From positions 1,196 to 65,195 of the forward strand of contig JBHPFN010000005.1 of NCBI GenBank assembly GCA_042571725.1: DNA of 64,000 nucleotides, written 5' to 3'. Origin of the DNA: Candidatus Omnitrophota bacterium (GTDB lineage: Bacteria > Omnitrophota > Gorgyraeia > VGKH01 > JBHPFN01). Positions 1-15,000 of this stretch are shown here, one piece after another. Numbering within the stretch: the stretch's first letter is position 1; each line of letters starts with the position of its first letter. A program made the translations under genes and the position numbers. The notes under the pieces were generated by a model that ran no database searches, had not been told where the DNA came from, and worked only from the letters and a program-made list of their open reading frames with translations.

Positions 1-1
1 C

Positions 2-3000
2 TGGCAAGAGAATCGTCAGAAATTCGATCCGTTCTACTTTATGTCAAAACATGCTGAGGCAATCGGTACTGTTGCACAAGAACACCTGCAGGCGATGAGC
101 AGAAGGTATCCTGAGTTTGCAGAAAAGTATTTTGCAATCGAAGATTCTATCTGGCCGTATTGGTGGATGTTGCCGGAACAGATCAAGCAAGGCGGAAGAG
201 TATTAGACAAATCACAAATCTGGGATGCTCTTGCCGCTGCATCGCAAAGGCTTGTTAATCTTGTCTATGAATTAAGTGGTGTCAGGCTCCGTGAGGATAG
301 GCCCATTATTGCCACTGCGAGACGTTGGATCGACTATAAACTGAATCTATACTTTAGCCTTATACCAGGGCTCGATCCATCTTTTAGAGGCTTCCATTAT
401 CTTACTGCGACTCCGGAAGAAGGAGGCTTAGGGTTTAACATCGTATTGGGCGGTAAGGCACACCGCAAAGATGACCTGGCACAAAGTTGGGTTGCAGAAG
501 CCAAAGAGCTTGTCAGCGACCCTGAGTTGGCAGGGCGCGCTGCCTACGTTGCCTATCATACTGATATCGCGCGTTACTTTTGGCAAGGAGCTGCCTGTAG
601 CATGCAGACTTCTTTGCCTCCGTTTGAAGCAGCAGGGGTTGCTGACAAAAAGGCAATGATTGCTTACAGCATGCTTATCTCAAGCTACACCGGGCTTCCC
701 ACACAGACCGTATTAAATATTCTGTTCCATGGCACAAGAGGAAGCGGATATCTGTTTGAGCCGTTCTCGCCGCGCAGGTTACAGATTGTATTAGAGGAAG
801 CTTCGGCACGCTGGTATGCGTACCACTATTCCCTGCAAGGAATTTCACCCGAAGAGGTTCCTGATAAAAATGTACGCTGGGCAGGACTTGTGCGTAAGTA
901 CATGGAAAGCCCAGAGGATATTTTAGAGCAGATGCAAAACGCAGGCCGGATTCTGCCGGTAGTGGATAGCCGCACCGCAGCGCTTAAATTCGCCCAGGTG
1001 TATGGAAAAGTAAAAGGAATCGAGATCGATAATTCAGTCCAGGCGCCGATTATACAGAGACTGGTTGGAGAATTTACTGAGCAGTTCCACAAGGATACCG
1101 ATAGCGGAACCGGCGAAGCCGCATGCTTTACAGGGTTTGGTATGTTTGGCGCCGAGTTTGTAAGTGTAGTTAAAAGCATTGCTTCTATGGTAGGAAGCTT
1201 GGTCAGCGCACCGATCGTGTTAGGTGTAGCGGTTGATGGGTCAGAAGGATTGCTCTTCTGGCCAAAGTATAGGTTTACTCAAGGAAAGCCGCTTGAATCC
1301 GGTATAATCCGTACCACACGTAGCGCGCAAGAGGTACGAGAGCTTATCGGCCAAGCAGTGTTAGCTATTACCGCTCACTTACGCGGCGCCGACGGTGCGG
1401 GTTCAAGCTTAGACTTGCCAGAATTCCAGATTGTGTTGACCCCCGAAGGAGCTCTACGAATTGAAGAATTGCCTTCTACCCCAACCATTGCAAGTGAATT
1501 TACCGTAAAAATTCGATTTGAAAAATCAGATGATCCAGAGGTAATTGAATATATTGCTGAGGATTATGGCATTACCGTAGAGGCACCTTACCGAGTCGAA
1601 GGCGAGACTATTCTTACTCCGGAAGGCAGAACTCCCAACGGTCAGAAAGATGGCCCTGCCTATATATTCAAGAATATCTTTGGCCTTAAGGGAATAAAGA
1701 TTACCTGTGAAGGAATTTCACCGATGGCGTTAGCCGGTGGCATGGAATCATCTAATGCATTTAACGTTGCCCTGATTGCTGCAGCAAGTATGCTCAGCGG
1801 GGCAGGGCTGTCCTATGCCGATATCTTTAGCTTAGCGGTAAAACTCGAAAACGATGAGTTCGGTGGGTTAACTGGAGGACAGGGGCATTTAAGTTCTACC
1901 GTCGGAGGTGCCTACAGACACGTGTGGCTTTCAGGTGTACGAGATAGATCCGGTGATTTATCCAATCCTTACGCCGCACTTTCCGTTCCGCTGTTGACTG
2001 AAGAAGGTCTTGCGTTGGTAGAAGAACACATGATGCTTGTACAGGCGGGTAAAGAGTATCGCGATGGTAAAGCTATGGTAGGAAGAGCCGCTGCACTTAC
2101 CAATAACATGTGGACAGATCTTCTAAGAGACAGAGATGAAGTTGGCTTTGCCCTACATCAAGAAAAACTAGGTTTAACCGCACGCTACACCCAGGCGCTT
2201 CAAGAAGGTGACTTCGCCACCGCAGCAAAGATCATCATTCGATATGTTGAGATACGCGATACGCTCTGCAAGAGATGGATTAGTTTAATGCTCGATGCTC
2301 ATCAGGGACAATCAGTGCCCGAGTATGCACATGCATACGCTGACAAAGTGTTTAACGAAGACAATGCTGAGTACGATGATTATGCGCTCGTAAAAGAGAT
2401 GTATGAACAACACGCCGATGCATTGAGAGATATGAGCTTATATACGCTAGAGCCGATTGCAAGCTTAGTAGAGAAGGCAAAACAACAAGGTATTGCGATT
2501 ATGCCATTGGGTGCCGGTGGTCCGGGTGCAAACTTGATTGCGATATCCGCAGAAGGCACAGAGCACCTAGGGAGATTTTTTGAATCTGTTGGTTTGGCAG
2601 AGTTAAGCGAAGAGGACGCCAGAAGCATTATTCGCGGCACCGGCACCTTAAAAGGCTACATGCCATTTAAGGTTGGAAGGAAACCTATTGAAATTGAAGG
2701 GGCTACAGAAATAGGCCTTGAGCTTCCAGCGCAGCCACCTGTTGTTTCAACACGATCCCTACCTACTTTGAACTCAGCAACAGTCAAAGGCGAAACTCAA
2801 CACGTACCCGTTGATTTGATATTACAAGCAGTTTCAAAATATCACCAACGTCTGGATGTACGCGAACGGGCGCGTTTAGAGCGGATCAGAGTAACAATAA
2901 AAATTACAGATGATGTTGACGGTTTAGGTCGACGCAAGTTAGGTAGCGCGCGGCAGGAAAACAACGATGCGGTCTATATTACCCCAGAGTACTTCAAGAA

Positions 3001-6000
3001 GACACAATATAATTCACCTGAGGCGCTGCAGGCAGGGCTTGAGTTCTCAGTATTCCATCAGCTCAATCGCATTCTGAATCCGGAATTAGATCATGATCAG
3101 ATCCTTGAGCGCGACATCGCCTACTTCACAGAAGGATTAGAAAGAGTAGAAAAATATTTTTCAATGCTTACCAAAGATATTGGTAGTGTAAGGATGCATA
3201 AATTAGTTGAACGGCGAGGAATCAATGTCACAGATCCATTGCATCGACAAAATCTTCTCCTAAGATTGTTTGAATATAGAAATCCCCACAGGATCGATGT
3301 TGGGGATTACCACAGTCAACTGCGAGCCTCAATTCCAATACATATAATTCATGCGGTTTCAGTGCTCGGTGTGATTCTTAGCGATATCGATGGAACCTTT
3401 CTTGAAGAACCCACGGACGTGAAGCATTGTGCAAGCCTTGATTCCCGACCAGAAAGCGGCAAGGCCATGGACAGGCTCCTCTTAAGAGGTTTTTTCGTCG
3501 ATTTGATCACTGGCAACTGGTCTCGAAGAGCGTTCGGCAGAATTGTGCCGTATCTACGCAGGATTACTGTTGGGTCGCAAGCCCCTCAGGCAATAGAGAA
3601 TTTTTCTTATGCCGCAAACGGAGGATCTACACGATATCAATTTACTCACTACGGACTAGAAGAGGAAGACTTGGTGTTTAGAGCTGAGCAGGCAATCTTC
3701 CGGGAGGATGCAGAGGTTATCCTGGCAATCATTGATGAAGAAATTGAGAATTTTAGAAATGCATACGAACAAAATCCTCGGAGATGGCAAGCACGATATC
3801 CTGATTTTGTTTTCGAAGACGAACACGCAGAGTTTCAACCGCCTTTGGTAGAGCTTCGCGGATTACAGCAAGACGGTTCCATTACTCAGATCGCGGTGGT
3901 GTTGATTCCTTCTTGGTTTTTCTCAAGAGGACAGCTTACCGCTAAAAGTCCTGATGAGGAGCGCGAGCGATTTCTGCGCGAACTTAAGAGAAAGCTTGAC
4001 GCGCGGTTACCCGGCTGGAGAAGGCAATATAAGGTTAAGGCCGGAGGCGAGACATCTATCGACATCAATCGAGACGTCATCAGTAAGTGGAGAGCATTGT
4101 TCTATAAGATGAATCAACTTTCTCTATTTCTTAAGCAAGCGATTTATTTCGGCAATGAATTTCAGGCAGAAAGATCTACTTCCGAAAAATTGAGTCGTGG
4201 CGATACCGCGGTATTGAAAGGAAATATGTTTGCAGTTGCCGTAGACGATAGACAGGGTCAACCCGGATACGACGTTGATGAAATAGCCTTTATGGGAGGA
4301 CCCGGCATAGATCGAACCGTATACTGGTGGAATAAGATTTCTGATGTTTACGATAGAAACGTTGACGAGACAAGCGATGGACCCATTCGTCCTGCAATTG
4401 AAGTAGTAAAAGAAATGGTGCGCGCAAATGACAAAGAAGCCCGCGCAATAATTGCTGAATCCCGCGAAGGCGCTGGCAACGAAACACCTTCGATGTTCAC
4501 CGGCCTTAACATTTTCAGCGGAATAGATATTCTCAAACTACTTGGTCAGCTCTTCAGTTTACCGCTGGTATTAGGTGTGGCTTCCTCAGGAGGTGCAACA
4601 CCAGGCTCAAGGGGAAATCAGCGGTTCAGAGACGTGCAGAGAACACTGCGCAGAAGCATTTCACACCATAATCTTCCCTACGTAGACAGAAGTGACTTCA
4701 GAAATGATCCTCTGGGTATCTTAAGAAGCCGCATGGAGTTCTTCTTAAAGATCGACTCAGAACGACGCGCAGAACCATTGCGAGAATACCAGCGTTTTAT
4801 CGAACGACACCGCGAATTCAATAGAAGGTTATTAGGCGATGAAAGAGAAGAAGAATTCTACAATGCAGTGCAGTGGCTTCTCTCAGCACGATCAAAGAGT
4901 TCATACTTGCCTGAAGAAGTACTCGAGGTCCGCTATATCCAGATGTTTCACGCCAGAACCCTGGAAGACGAGATCTCCTGGCTCCAGCATGAGATGCCGG
5001 TATTAGACGAACATCTTGACCACGATGAACTATATGACGTAATCGACACTGCTATCAAGAAGTTACTTATTAAGGTAGGTATTATTGCCAACCGCTATGG
5101 TCCTTATTTAACTGATGCAGAGATCGATGAAAAAATAGAAGAGGACCTTGACCCGGTAAAGCAGGAACTGCGCATGATATTCGAACATGCGCTTATAGCA
5201 AGAGAAAATACACCCACAAGGATTGTTGAAGCGGGTGATACCACCGTACGCGACGGCGAGCAGTCTAACATCGGAACCACGGGTAAGATACGCCACCTGC
5301 TTCAAATCTTTAAGAAAGCCATTAAAACACTTATTGGTTTTCGTAAAGAGATCTGGGGCGGGGCTACCATTCAGAGTGTACTTTTGAATGGAGTACATAA
5401 GAATAAGCCGGAAGAGCCCTTTAACAACCTGCGCCGCTATGTAGAGCTTCTCAGTGATGAACTGCACGCGCTCGTTGATCCATTTGTACAAGCCACCCCA
5501 GGAGAAAGCGATATCAGTGAAGACGACCTTGCATTATTGTTCGATCGCTATGAAGTCAAAGAGGACAGACGCATCTTAACCAGAGAAGAATTAACCGATC
5601 TGCTATCCAAGTATCCTCGTATCGCCCCTGAGACCGCAATCGGTCAAAAGATTATCGCCCTCTACACCATCCGCCAAGAGATGCTCTTGCGCGGCCAGTA
5701 TATCGTAGGGCTCATTCCCTATCCTGACAGCTTCTTAGAACTGTTTGTAAAGGTTGCCTATAGAGACGGTATAGATACCTTCCGTATCTTTGACGCCTTT
5801 GATGATAACCGCAACATTGTTAAGGCAATTGAATACATCAGAAAGCTCAACGAGAAGGGTGCTACCGCATTCCTGCAGCCCTGCATTCACTACACCACCA
5901 ATTTCCCCAGAGGCAATGACGGGTTCGTTACCTTAGCCAAAGAGCTTATTGAGGCAAGCGGTGATGCGCTCGATGCGTTAGTAATCAAAGATGCCGGTGG

Positions 6001-9000
6001 CGTCTTAACACCACGAGCGGCGTATTATTTGATTAGGGCGTTACGCGAAAGCGGCATAACCGTACCGCTGTATCTGCATACCCACGATACACGCGGCAAC
6101 CGGCAGCTGGTCTTATTAGAGGCGATCCGCGCGAATGGTCCGGACTACCCGATTATTGTTGATGTTGCTATCGGAAAAGGCAATCTCTCCGCACCCTTTG
6201 CCCAGCCTGATATGAGAGACTTCTTCTCTCTTGTCGAGGGAACCAATTGGCAGGGAACCCTGGAGATAGACAAGGCCGCATTACTCGAAACCGAAGAACA
6301 GATCGACGAGATCATGCCTGACTATGTACGACCACCGGCGTTAGGCTGGCGCCTAAGAAAGAAGATCGCTGATGCAGGCCTACCGGGAGGCATGAAGACT
6401 AATTTTGATAGGCAGATCGCAGACAATCTACCGGGGGTCCAGAAGGCAATCAAAGAGAGATTCGGTATTACCCTCTATGAGGCTGAAGGTACATTAACTG
6501 TTGAGGGTACTGAGTTCGTAGAGGCCATAATGGATTTAGTCTATGAAGAGATACGCTGGGTTAAAAAGGATATGGGAGAGATCTCTCTGGTAACACCTAC
6601 AAGCCAATGGGTAGGAGATCAGGCATTTAAGAATGTTATGTATGTCTGGATGGGTAAGGGCTGGCTTGATCTAGAAACAACCGAAGAAGGTCGTCTGGTA
6701 CTTAAGAAAAACAATAGTTTCCCGCTTGAGAGAGTCAAGCAATACTATACCGCACCTCTGCACCCAGATCTTCAGAATTATCTGTTTATGTGGGCTCAGG
6801 ATGAGCATCTGCAGTGGTGGTATCCAGAGGTCGATCGCTCACTCGTCCTCAAGGCATTTGAACTGGTACTTAAAAATGACCATGACTTTGATCTGGAGGC
6901 GGTGAAACATGGTTTAGGTCTGAATGAGGCACACCCGGTTGCCGCAGTAGATATTGATATGATCAATCAGGCATTGGTAAACTATCAACCTATTAGAGAG
7001 GTCTTGGATAAGCGGGTAGTGGATGTTTCGGTGGTGAAGGTAAGAGACATCTTCCGACAGAAGGCTAATGAAGGGCTTTCCAGACACGACCCCAGATTTA
7101 CAGTAAAGTTTGAAGAGAGAGAAAAAGCGAATGCTGCATTCGGTTCCGGAGAATATCCGCGAGAGCTTATTATTGAATTTTCTTGGGGTGTAGAGGGGCT
7201 GAATCTGCCGCTTACCCCAGAGGAGCTACAGAGCCGCATCGGTGAATTCAAATTACGCTTCCCTACATTCGATGGCTCTGACGAACACTTATTACTCGCC
7301 GCACTCTTTACCCGACCTGACCAGACACCTAATCTGTTTAATAGTATGCAGGAGTGGCTTGATAGGCTTAGTCAGATAAGAGAGGCCAGAGCAGCACTAA
7401 TTGATATGGGTATTGACCCGGCGGTAATAGACCAAAAGATCCGTGAAGGCCTGCCAGAAGAAAGTTCCGACCCAGAGACCCCATCGATGTTCACCGCCAT
7501 TAATATTTTCGGTATGGGCTTAGGGATTGTGGCGGTTATTGCCGGAGCAATAGACTTTTTCTTCAATGGAAATGCATCTGCCGATACTCTCTTTGCAGCT
7601 GCATCGGTTGCGCCGCTATTGCCAGAAAGCAGAAAGCTTGTAAGTAAAGCGATAGAGAGAGATGGTGCACGATTACGATTCTTAGCTAGTCAGGAGACAG
7701 TTATCGCACTGCTTTCTACAAGAATCAAAACAAATGTCGATACAAACAGCATGTTTGCGCTGCTGCGCAACAATCCTTTGTTGCGTCGTACCTATATTCG
7801 CGTGTGGAACAGAGATATGGATCAGTTAAGAGAAGGTCTTACCGCAGATTCAATCGCGGGTGGTCGATTTGATCAAGAAACAAAGGAAAGAATTGCTAAG
7901 GAGTTCGGGGAGTGGCTTAAAGCAGTGATAAATTTGGCCCTAGAGTTCGAGCAAGGAGAATATGATCATACTGATCCTGCTTACTTTAGGCTGCTCGATC
8001 ATTTTGTTACCACTGCCCGCATCATATCGATGAATTTAACCGGCCAGCAAGACCAGGAAATCGCAGACTACTTAGGATATCCTTGGAAACATGTAGTCTA
8101 CTTCTATCAAAATATAAGAATCCATTTAAGAGAATTGCCTGTCGACAAGCTTGAATATTCTAAGCTTCAAGGATTAAGCCTGCTTGCTGAGAGAGGCATC
8201 ACTCAAAATGTTTTATCTGAAGAAACAAGAAGCGATATCGCATCGATGCTGGAGAGAAAAAGAGGCAGAGCTGCACCTGAAGCTGCAGCGTCAATGTTTA
8301 CCGGATTTCCATTGTTTGATATTTCCATTGTATTGAGCGCTCTCGCTGCTTTATTTATTTTTACCGAGAGGGAAGCGCTTCCTAAAGAATTACCTGCCTG
8401 CCGGCAGGCAGGGCGTATTAAATTACGTAATTTATCAAATATACCGTCGAGAAGATTAAAAACATTTGTGAATAATATGGGGTCGCTGCGGCCGACAGGC
8501 TCTGAGCAAGCCGATGATTCCGATTACCTCTCCGTGGCTGGTGGGGTTGGAATCAGCTTGGCCGCAGCACCCCCCTTAGTAAACAAGGGAGTGCGGCACT
8601 CACTATTTATCATGATGAGTGCAGCGGCCCTGACTTTATTCTTCCCAGACATAGCATTTGCTAAAGGGGAGATAGTACGCTCAGTTGAGGCAATCAGTGA
8701 AGGCCAAAGCTTCGTTTCTTTCCTCTATATAATGGCATCAATAGCGTTACTCTTTGGGTTGTCTGCGCTCTCAGGCCCGCCACGATGCATGACCACCGGC
8801 CAGCCTATCAGTAATTTACCCTTCCGCTGGGTTAACCGGATACGAGCGCTACAATTAGGAATGATTGCCCTTATCAACTATCTCTTCTTTGCGAATAATT
8901 GGCATACCGCTGGTGGCTTAGGCGACCCATTATGGATGTTCCATCCGGCTGATCCTGCGTCAATGTTCGGTGCGTTTAATTTAATGAGCGTAGTGCTTGT

Positions 9001-12000
9001 TGCGGCCTCGCTGGGAACGATGATCCCAATTGCCATTGATTATACACCGAGCCTCTTAAGAAAACTCACAAAACACCCATTGATTGAAACTCTTAGCCTG
9101 CCGATTCTCTTTATTGCCCTTATGGGGATCATCTTCTACAAAAGTCTCTTGCGCAGGTTTATTCCCATAGCCAAGACCACCGTTTTAGGCGTACTCATTG
9201 CCCTCAACTATCTATTCTTTGCCCATGGCGGGCACACCATTGAGCATGGAATGATACTACATCCATATCAGGATTGGAATGTGACTTACCCGCTTATCTT
9301 CGGTAAGTTTAATCTATTATCACTATGTATTGTCCTGCTCTCACTCATTGTTACGGGTGTGATGGTGGGAGAGGATATAGTCACCGCCCTTAAGAAACTC
9401 AAAAAACACCTTTCATTCAACACCTTCATCCTACTGGCTATCTTTGCTGCTCTTGCTGAATTCATATTCTCAGGCCAGGTGAATAATCCTGAGCTTTGCT
9501 TTGCCGCAGCACCAATTGGACCTAGAAAGTCGAAGGCGAAGGCAAAGAAGCCTTCACGTTCTACAGCTTCGTCATCCGGCGGCAGCAGGTCTTCGCGTCC
9601 CGCAAAAGTAGTGGCTAAGGTTGGGGTTACGATCAAAGTTGATACCTATGAGGTTACTGTGCGTCTTAAGCAAGGTAAATTAAGCGATGAAAACTTAGCT
9701 AATCTTGAGGAGGGATTGACATATCTTAGAAGGTTTTACCGCCATGACGCAGCGAAGATTAAAGAAGTAGTGGTGGTTAAAGGAGGGCGTGCGCCGCTTG
9801 AGGTTCAGGTAAAAAGCGGTAGATGGTCTGTGCCGGTGAGGGTCGAGGCATTTTCTGGACATCGCTACATTTTATCTTTGTGTTTAGGAAAACCGTTCTT
9901 GCGAAAACTAATTTATATCTATGCTCGTAAAAAAGAATATAAATATCGGCTTGGAGACTGTGTGTACCCTGCGGCGGTAGAGGTAGCCTTGATGTTTATG
10001 ATGGCATATCGTTTCCTCCTAGTTGACCCTCCTCAAGCGCACCAGGTTATTTTGGATTCTTTTAAAACTTCAGGATTCTCTCGATATCCCGTCAACAGAG
10101 GCATGGCTTCAATCTTAGAACAGGTAGAGAAAAAAGGCGGGTTCGGACTGATATTTGAAAGCCCTGAGATATTTAAGATGATACAAAGGATGTATCCCGG
10201 GGAAGATGTATCAGATAAAGACAGGATACGCAAGGATGCAAAAAGAATAGTGGTATTTATCCAGCAAGTTATTGATACAAGCAGAGAGACTGATATTGAG
10301 GCTATAAAGAAAGACTCTATCGCACCTCAAGATGTTGGAAAGCTTGTCTGGTGCGATGAGCGGGTGCGTGTCAGAAATCTGTACGTGCGCCAGTCAGAGA
10401 TATCCAGACACAGGGTAGAGGCAATGGTTGAGATGATGGATTTGCTTTCTGAGGTTACTAATGTCCCGGTGATAAAAGCCCCAATTGTCGTCTGGGGAAA
10501 TGACCCGGAGAAGAGACACCTCTGCTATTTAGTAGCCGGCAACACTACGGCAATGGCTGTTTTTGAATCAAATATAGCCTGGTGTCCTGTGCACATGGCC
10601 ATGCTTCCTGATGATTCTCCTACCATGAATCGTATACGTAATCCTCTCCATAGCGTATATGACGTCGATCGTGTAGATAGGATGAGGCTCGTAGGGAAAA
10701 GGTGGCGGAAAAAGAGGAGTTTAAGGCAGAGAAGTCAAGCTGAGAGGACAAGAAGTTTAAACAGAGCTACCAGAAAAAAAGGCCAAGCCAAGAGAAAAGG
10801 CTCAGGAGGGAAAGGTGATGTAAGCCTCTTTACCCTCTTTGGTTTCTTCCTGCCATTTACCAGCATTCTTACCTTACTTACCGCGCATCTTTTACCGTTT
10901 GTACTTGGCGTTTCACAATCTACAGATCAATCTTTGGAATTATCTCTCGGTAATCTTTTGATGCTTCAGGTCCATGCGCGAACCGAAGGTGCAAAGAAAA
11001 ATAAGAGAGACAAGGTAAAAAGCGGAGGATTTAAAGCAATTGAGGGACGACTAGAGGAATGGAAAGACCTTGGATTTAGCTGGGTGTATCTTATGGGCAT
11101 TATGCCGTTGAGTAAATTTTCAAGAAAAACAAACCGTGGAGAACGGGGAAGCCGCGATCGAAGAAATAATTGTTACCGGTTAAAGAAATGGGGAAAATCA
11201 GTAATCGTAGTCAACCAAGGGTGGCCGGGCGATCCCGAAAATGACATTGGTTCAATCTTTGCAATTCCTGAGCTGACTGCCGTAGGCAGCGATTTGGGCT
11301 CGCTCGATGATTTCAGAAAGGTAGTAGAAAAGGCGCATGACCCGGAATTGGATATGAAGATTATTATTGATTTCGTGGGCAACCATACTGCAATTGATCA
11401 CCCGTGGGTTTTAGAGCGCACAGAGTATTATAAGCACAGAGTTCTCTCGAGAGGAGAAGAAGATCGAAGTGATTTAGAGCTCCTGAGCAATAATCCTGGA
11501 TATTTCGTTGTGCATTCAAAGTCTTTAGGTAAAAGAGTGCTTGTTCAGCACGGTAGCGATCCTTCTTGTCCGCCACCGTGGTTAGATACCGCTGAATTAG
11601 ATTACAATAATCCTGAAGTCATACGAGAAATGATTGGCGTGCTGAAATTCTGGGCAGCACTTGGCGTGGATGGGGTACGCTGCGATTTGGTTACGCTTGT
11701 ACCTAAGGATTTTTGGGAACAGGCTATTGCAGAGATTAAGGCTGAATATCCTCGATTTACCTTTATTGCAGAGCACTATGGCCCAGAGGGAAGATATGTG
11801 AGGTTAGGGTTTGATTTTGAATATGATAAAACCCTCTATGAGCGCCTGCTGAAAGAAAGTTATCCAGAGCCGGGTATTAGAGATTGGCTGAATTTCTTGG
11901 GTAGGGCAAGAGCCTATCTTGACGGGTCAGTGCGCTTTCCGGGAAATCACGACGATGGTTGGTGGATGGCCGGAGCGCGCGCACGAGCCAATGCGCTTAT

Positions 12001-15000
12001 CGCCAGCACAATTCCGGGGATGTCAATGATGCACCTTGATCAGTTAGAGGGTTACGCGCGTCAGGGGATTACGAGGATTGTAAGAAGCGAAGCATCAGAT
12101 GAAGCACAAGCTGCATTTATGCAAAGAATTGCGCGTATTGCGAGCGACGAGATATTTAGCTACGGTAAGTTTGACGTCTTAGAGACAGACGATGGTAATT
12201 CAACCTTTATCGGGTATACGCTTCCCCATAAGGGGAGGCGGGTAGTAGTTGCGGTAAATTATTCCGATGGCTTTGGTGCGGCTAAGTTTTCAACGTTTCC
12301 TCCAAGGTTCGTTAACTCAGCATTTGCTGGTAAATATATAGTATTGAGAGATGTATTGAATGGAAAAGTGTATGTGAGAAACGCTAAAGAGATTATCACA
12401 GAAGGAATTTATGTCGAGCGCGGTGGTTTTGAGAGTCATATATTCTTTATCGAACCAATTTCTGATGAAGCCGGTACGTCATTGTCTGACAAATTTGGGT
12501 TAGACGCTATAAATCAATCAGTATTCGAAAGGGCTCTTGCAGAAGGCGCAAGCTCTGAAGCGAGTATGTTTGTGTTGCCTGATTTCTTAGGAGTTTCGTC
12601 TTTATATAATCAAATGGGGCCGCTGTGGCAAGGCATCAGAAAAATTCTTGTTTTACCTCTTCCGTGGCTGGTGGGGAGCAAGAATACTGCCACAGCGGCC
12701 CTTCGTTCGTTTACCTCTTCCGTGCCTGCCTGCCGCCTGCCTGCCGGTCAGGCAGGGCAGGCAGGGCTGGTGGGAACGATGGCCGCAGCGGCCCTATTAT
12801 TTACTCCGGGCATCGCTGAAGCAAATGAATTAGATCAATCTACATTTATTCTTGACATGCCTGGTGTTTCCCTAGAGATTACCTTAGTGCCGCTTCTCTT
12901 GCTTGCTATCGGTTTATTACTACTCGTAGGTGCTCTTCGGGAATTCAGAGGTCAGCTAAGATATCATGCAGCCCGAATTGACTTTTGGATATGGCGCCAC
13001 CTATTTCATACCGCAGGAGTTAATTTCTTAAGGCAAGAGAAAAAATTACAGAGCCTCGCAAGAGCATGGGGGCTCACAGATATTGATATCGTTCGATTAT
13101 ATGTAGAGACCTTGCCTGAGCAGTTGCCTGACTATTATGAATTTGACCTAAGAGTTGCATTGCAGGATTTATATGAACATTTTGAAGAAATTCCTCAATA
13201 TTTATTCGGTAAATACCGAATGTTGGGCGAAATGGGAGGCGAGGTGAGTCTGGCCGGAGAAATCAGTCGCTTAGCATTCCAGGGCGTTAGCACGAAATAC
13301 ACAACAGCAGAGGCAATGGCGTGTGATTTCTTAGCTCGCTATCCTCAACTTCAGAATTATATTCCTAAAGATTTTATGCGCCGAGCCCTGAAGCAATACC
13401 CAGGCATCGAGGAAATTCCCGGAGTCTTGCGGCATTGTTTGCGTTCTGCGCTTATTGCTTTGGAATTTACAAAGCTTATGGATTTGCGACCTCGGTATTT
13501 CAGAGAGGCTCTAGTAAAAGCATTCTTTTTACACGACCTAGGAAAGGCGCACGAGAGCCTAAGAGGTACCGCAGCCTCACCGATAATGGTAGAAGAACTT
13601 GAATATGCTAGAGCAAATCAGGAGCATCCACATAAAACGATCGCGATGCTTAAGAAAAAGGTTCGATTAAGTAGCAATGTGAAAGCGGCAAAACTTATTA
13701 CTTATTTAATCGAGCATCACGAAGAAACACCTTCGTGGAAAGTAGGACACGCAAAGGATGTACGAGCATATGCTGCGCGCATCTTCTCTTTAATCGATAC
13801 CCTCGATTCCTTGCGTGATTGCCGAAGACCGCATATGCGAAGAGGAGGTCATTTCCTTTCAGTAGATGATTTGCTCGATATTCACTACAGACTTCTTTTA
13901 AGAGACGGCTCAATCGATAGAGAGATGTTCGAAGCGATTAGGGAGCTTTGCTACCGTGAGCCGGTGAGATCCTTATTAAGAGAAACTGAGCCCTATGTCA
14001 GCCTTAGTAACGTGGTGATGTTGGCAACGGGTGTTGAAGAGATGGCTCAGCGTTGCATTCCTTACTCTCGGCCCGCCACGGGAACGGCTATTCGATTACT
14101 TACCCGTCCGCTTGCAGAATTTAGCACGCGCTTTCGCCGTGACGGAAACTTCCCTGACAGTATCCACTACAGAAAAGGCCGCACCGGCCAGGTTGTTAAA
14201 GCGACGAGACTTGATCCTCTTCTATTAAGGAAGATGGGGGTCAGTATTTGTAGGGGAGAACTAGCTGATGACCGTGAACAGGCAGAGTATTATCAGTTAC
14301 GCAGAGAGTTTACCGCATTTGCCATCGAGCGGCGTTGCAGCAATCCTGATCAGCCTGAGAATGTAATTGAGATAGAAGAGCTTTTAGGCCAGAGTCAAGA
14401 GGAGCGAGAGGTATTTATTACTTGTTTAGTAGAGTACCAAAGCATTTTAGAGCATTATGCTCCTGAAAGGGCAAAGGCCTTGGCACTTTTGTATAAGCCC
14501 CTCTTTTTCCCCGATGAAGAAATGGAAGCAGAGTTGTTCTGGGATAACTTCGGCCCGCGAAAGAGATTAATCGTAGAGCCGCTCTCAAGAGAGGCATTGC
14601 GCGGTCATCTACGAGCAGTACCGACATCTGATACGACCTGTTCAGGCAAGACTACCACAGCACTGAGTCAAGTGCGGCAGCGTCCTGACTTGTTTGGTTT
14701 AATCGTAATCAAAAATGGCAAACCCGAACTGAGCCCGTTCTTTATGGATAACTTCTTTAAGAATAAAATGAAAGCGGGAACACCAAAAACGCCGGAGAAC
14801 GAAAACGAATCCTTCCCGGATATATACGGCCGGCACGATATTGATTCTCCGGATGCCTACCGGTGGGATTTGATTGAAGAGGCACTCACCAATTTATTCT
14901 TATACGGCAGGGCAATGATTCCATCAGACTATGATTTTGTACATAAGCATCGCGGCGAACTTATAGAGGCAACGCTCGAGCCGAATAAGGCCTTGCCCAT

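Larger units (their letters stand above)
8291..9500 (+). other. Polytopic membrane region (about 9 hydrophobic helices) with an internal duplication
   Basis: Hydrophobic ~20-aa stretches such as ISIVLSALAALFIF, LFIMMSAAALTLFF, FVSFLYIMASIALLFGLSAL, FNLMSVVLVAASLGTMIPIAI, LSLPILFIALMGIIFY, LLSLCIVLLSLIVTGVMV, FNTFILLAIFAALAEFIF. Duplicated helix MIALINYLFFANNWHTAGG (about 8850-8925) versus VLIALNYLFFAHGGHTIEHG (about 9183-9250). Confidence 0.6.

Noticed and set aside
8393-8412. The GC-rich perfect palindromes might be Rho-independent terminators.
   Set aside because: No U/T tract follows any copy and the reading frame continues straight through them.
8479-8573. The stem-loop elements might be tRNA-like or known ribozyme (hammerhead, twister, HDV-like) sequences.
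   Set aside because: There is no cloverleaf geometry (a single 13-14 bp stem with a 57-66 nt loop), and I could not find a conserved hammerhead (CUGAUGA...GAAA) or other ribozyme core. An Rfam or cmscan search is needed to be certain.
10330-10640. A possible ParB/sulfiredoxin-like N-terminal domain (…VIKAPIVVWGNDPEKRHLCYLVAGNTTAMAV…).
   Set aside because: It only loosely resembles the ParB box pattern and the catalytic or DGHHR-type residues are absent. The evidence is too weak to call without a profile search.
12625-12833. Two overlapping plus-strand ORFs in frames +1 and +3 (12625-12819 and 12648-12833).
   Set aside because: They overlap the frame +2 ORF over the GC-rich structured element, which is stop-free in all six frames. 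They are a by-product of that element, not separate genes. Programmed frameshifting here cannot be excluded, but nothing such as a slippery heptamer supports it.
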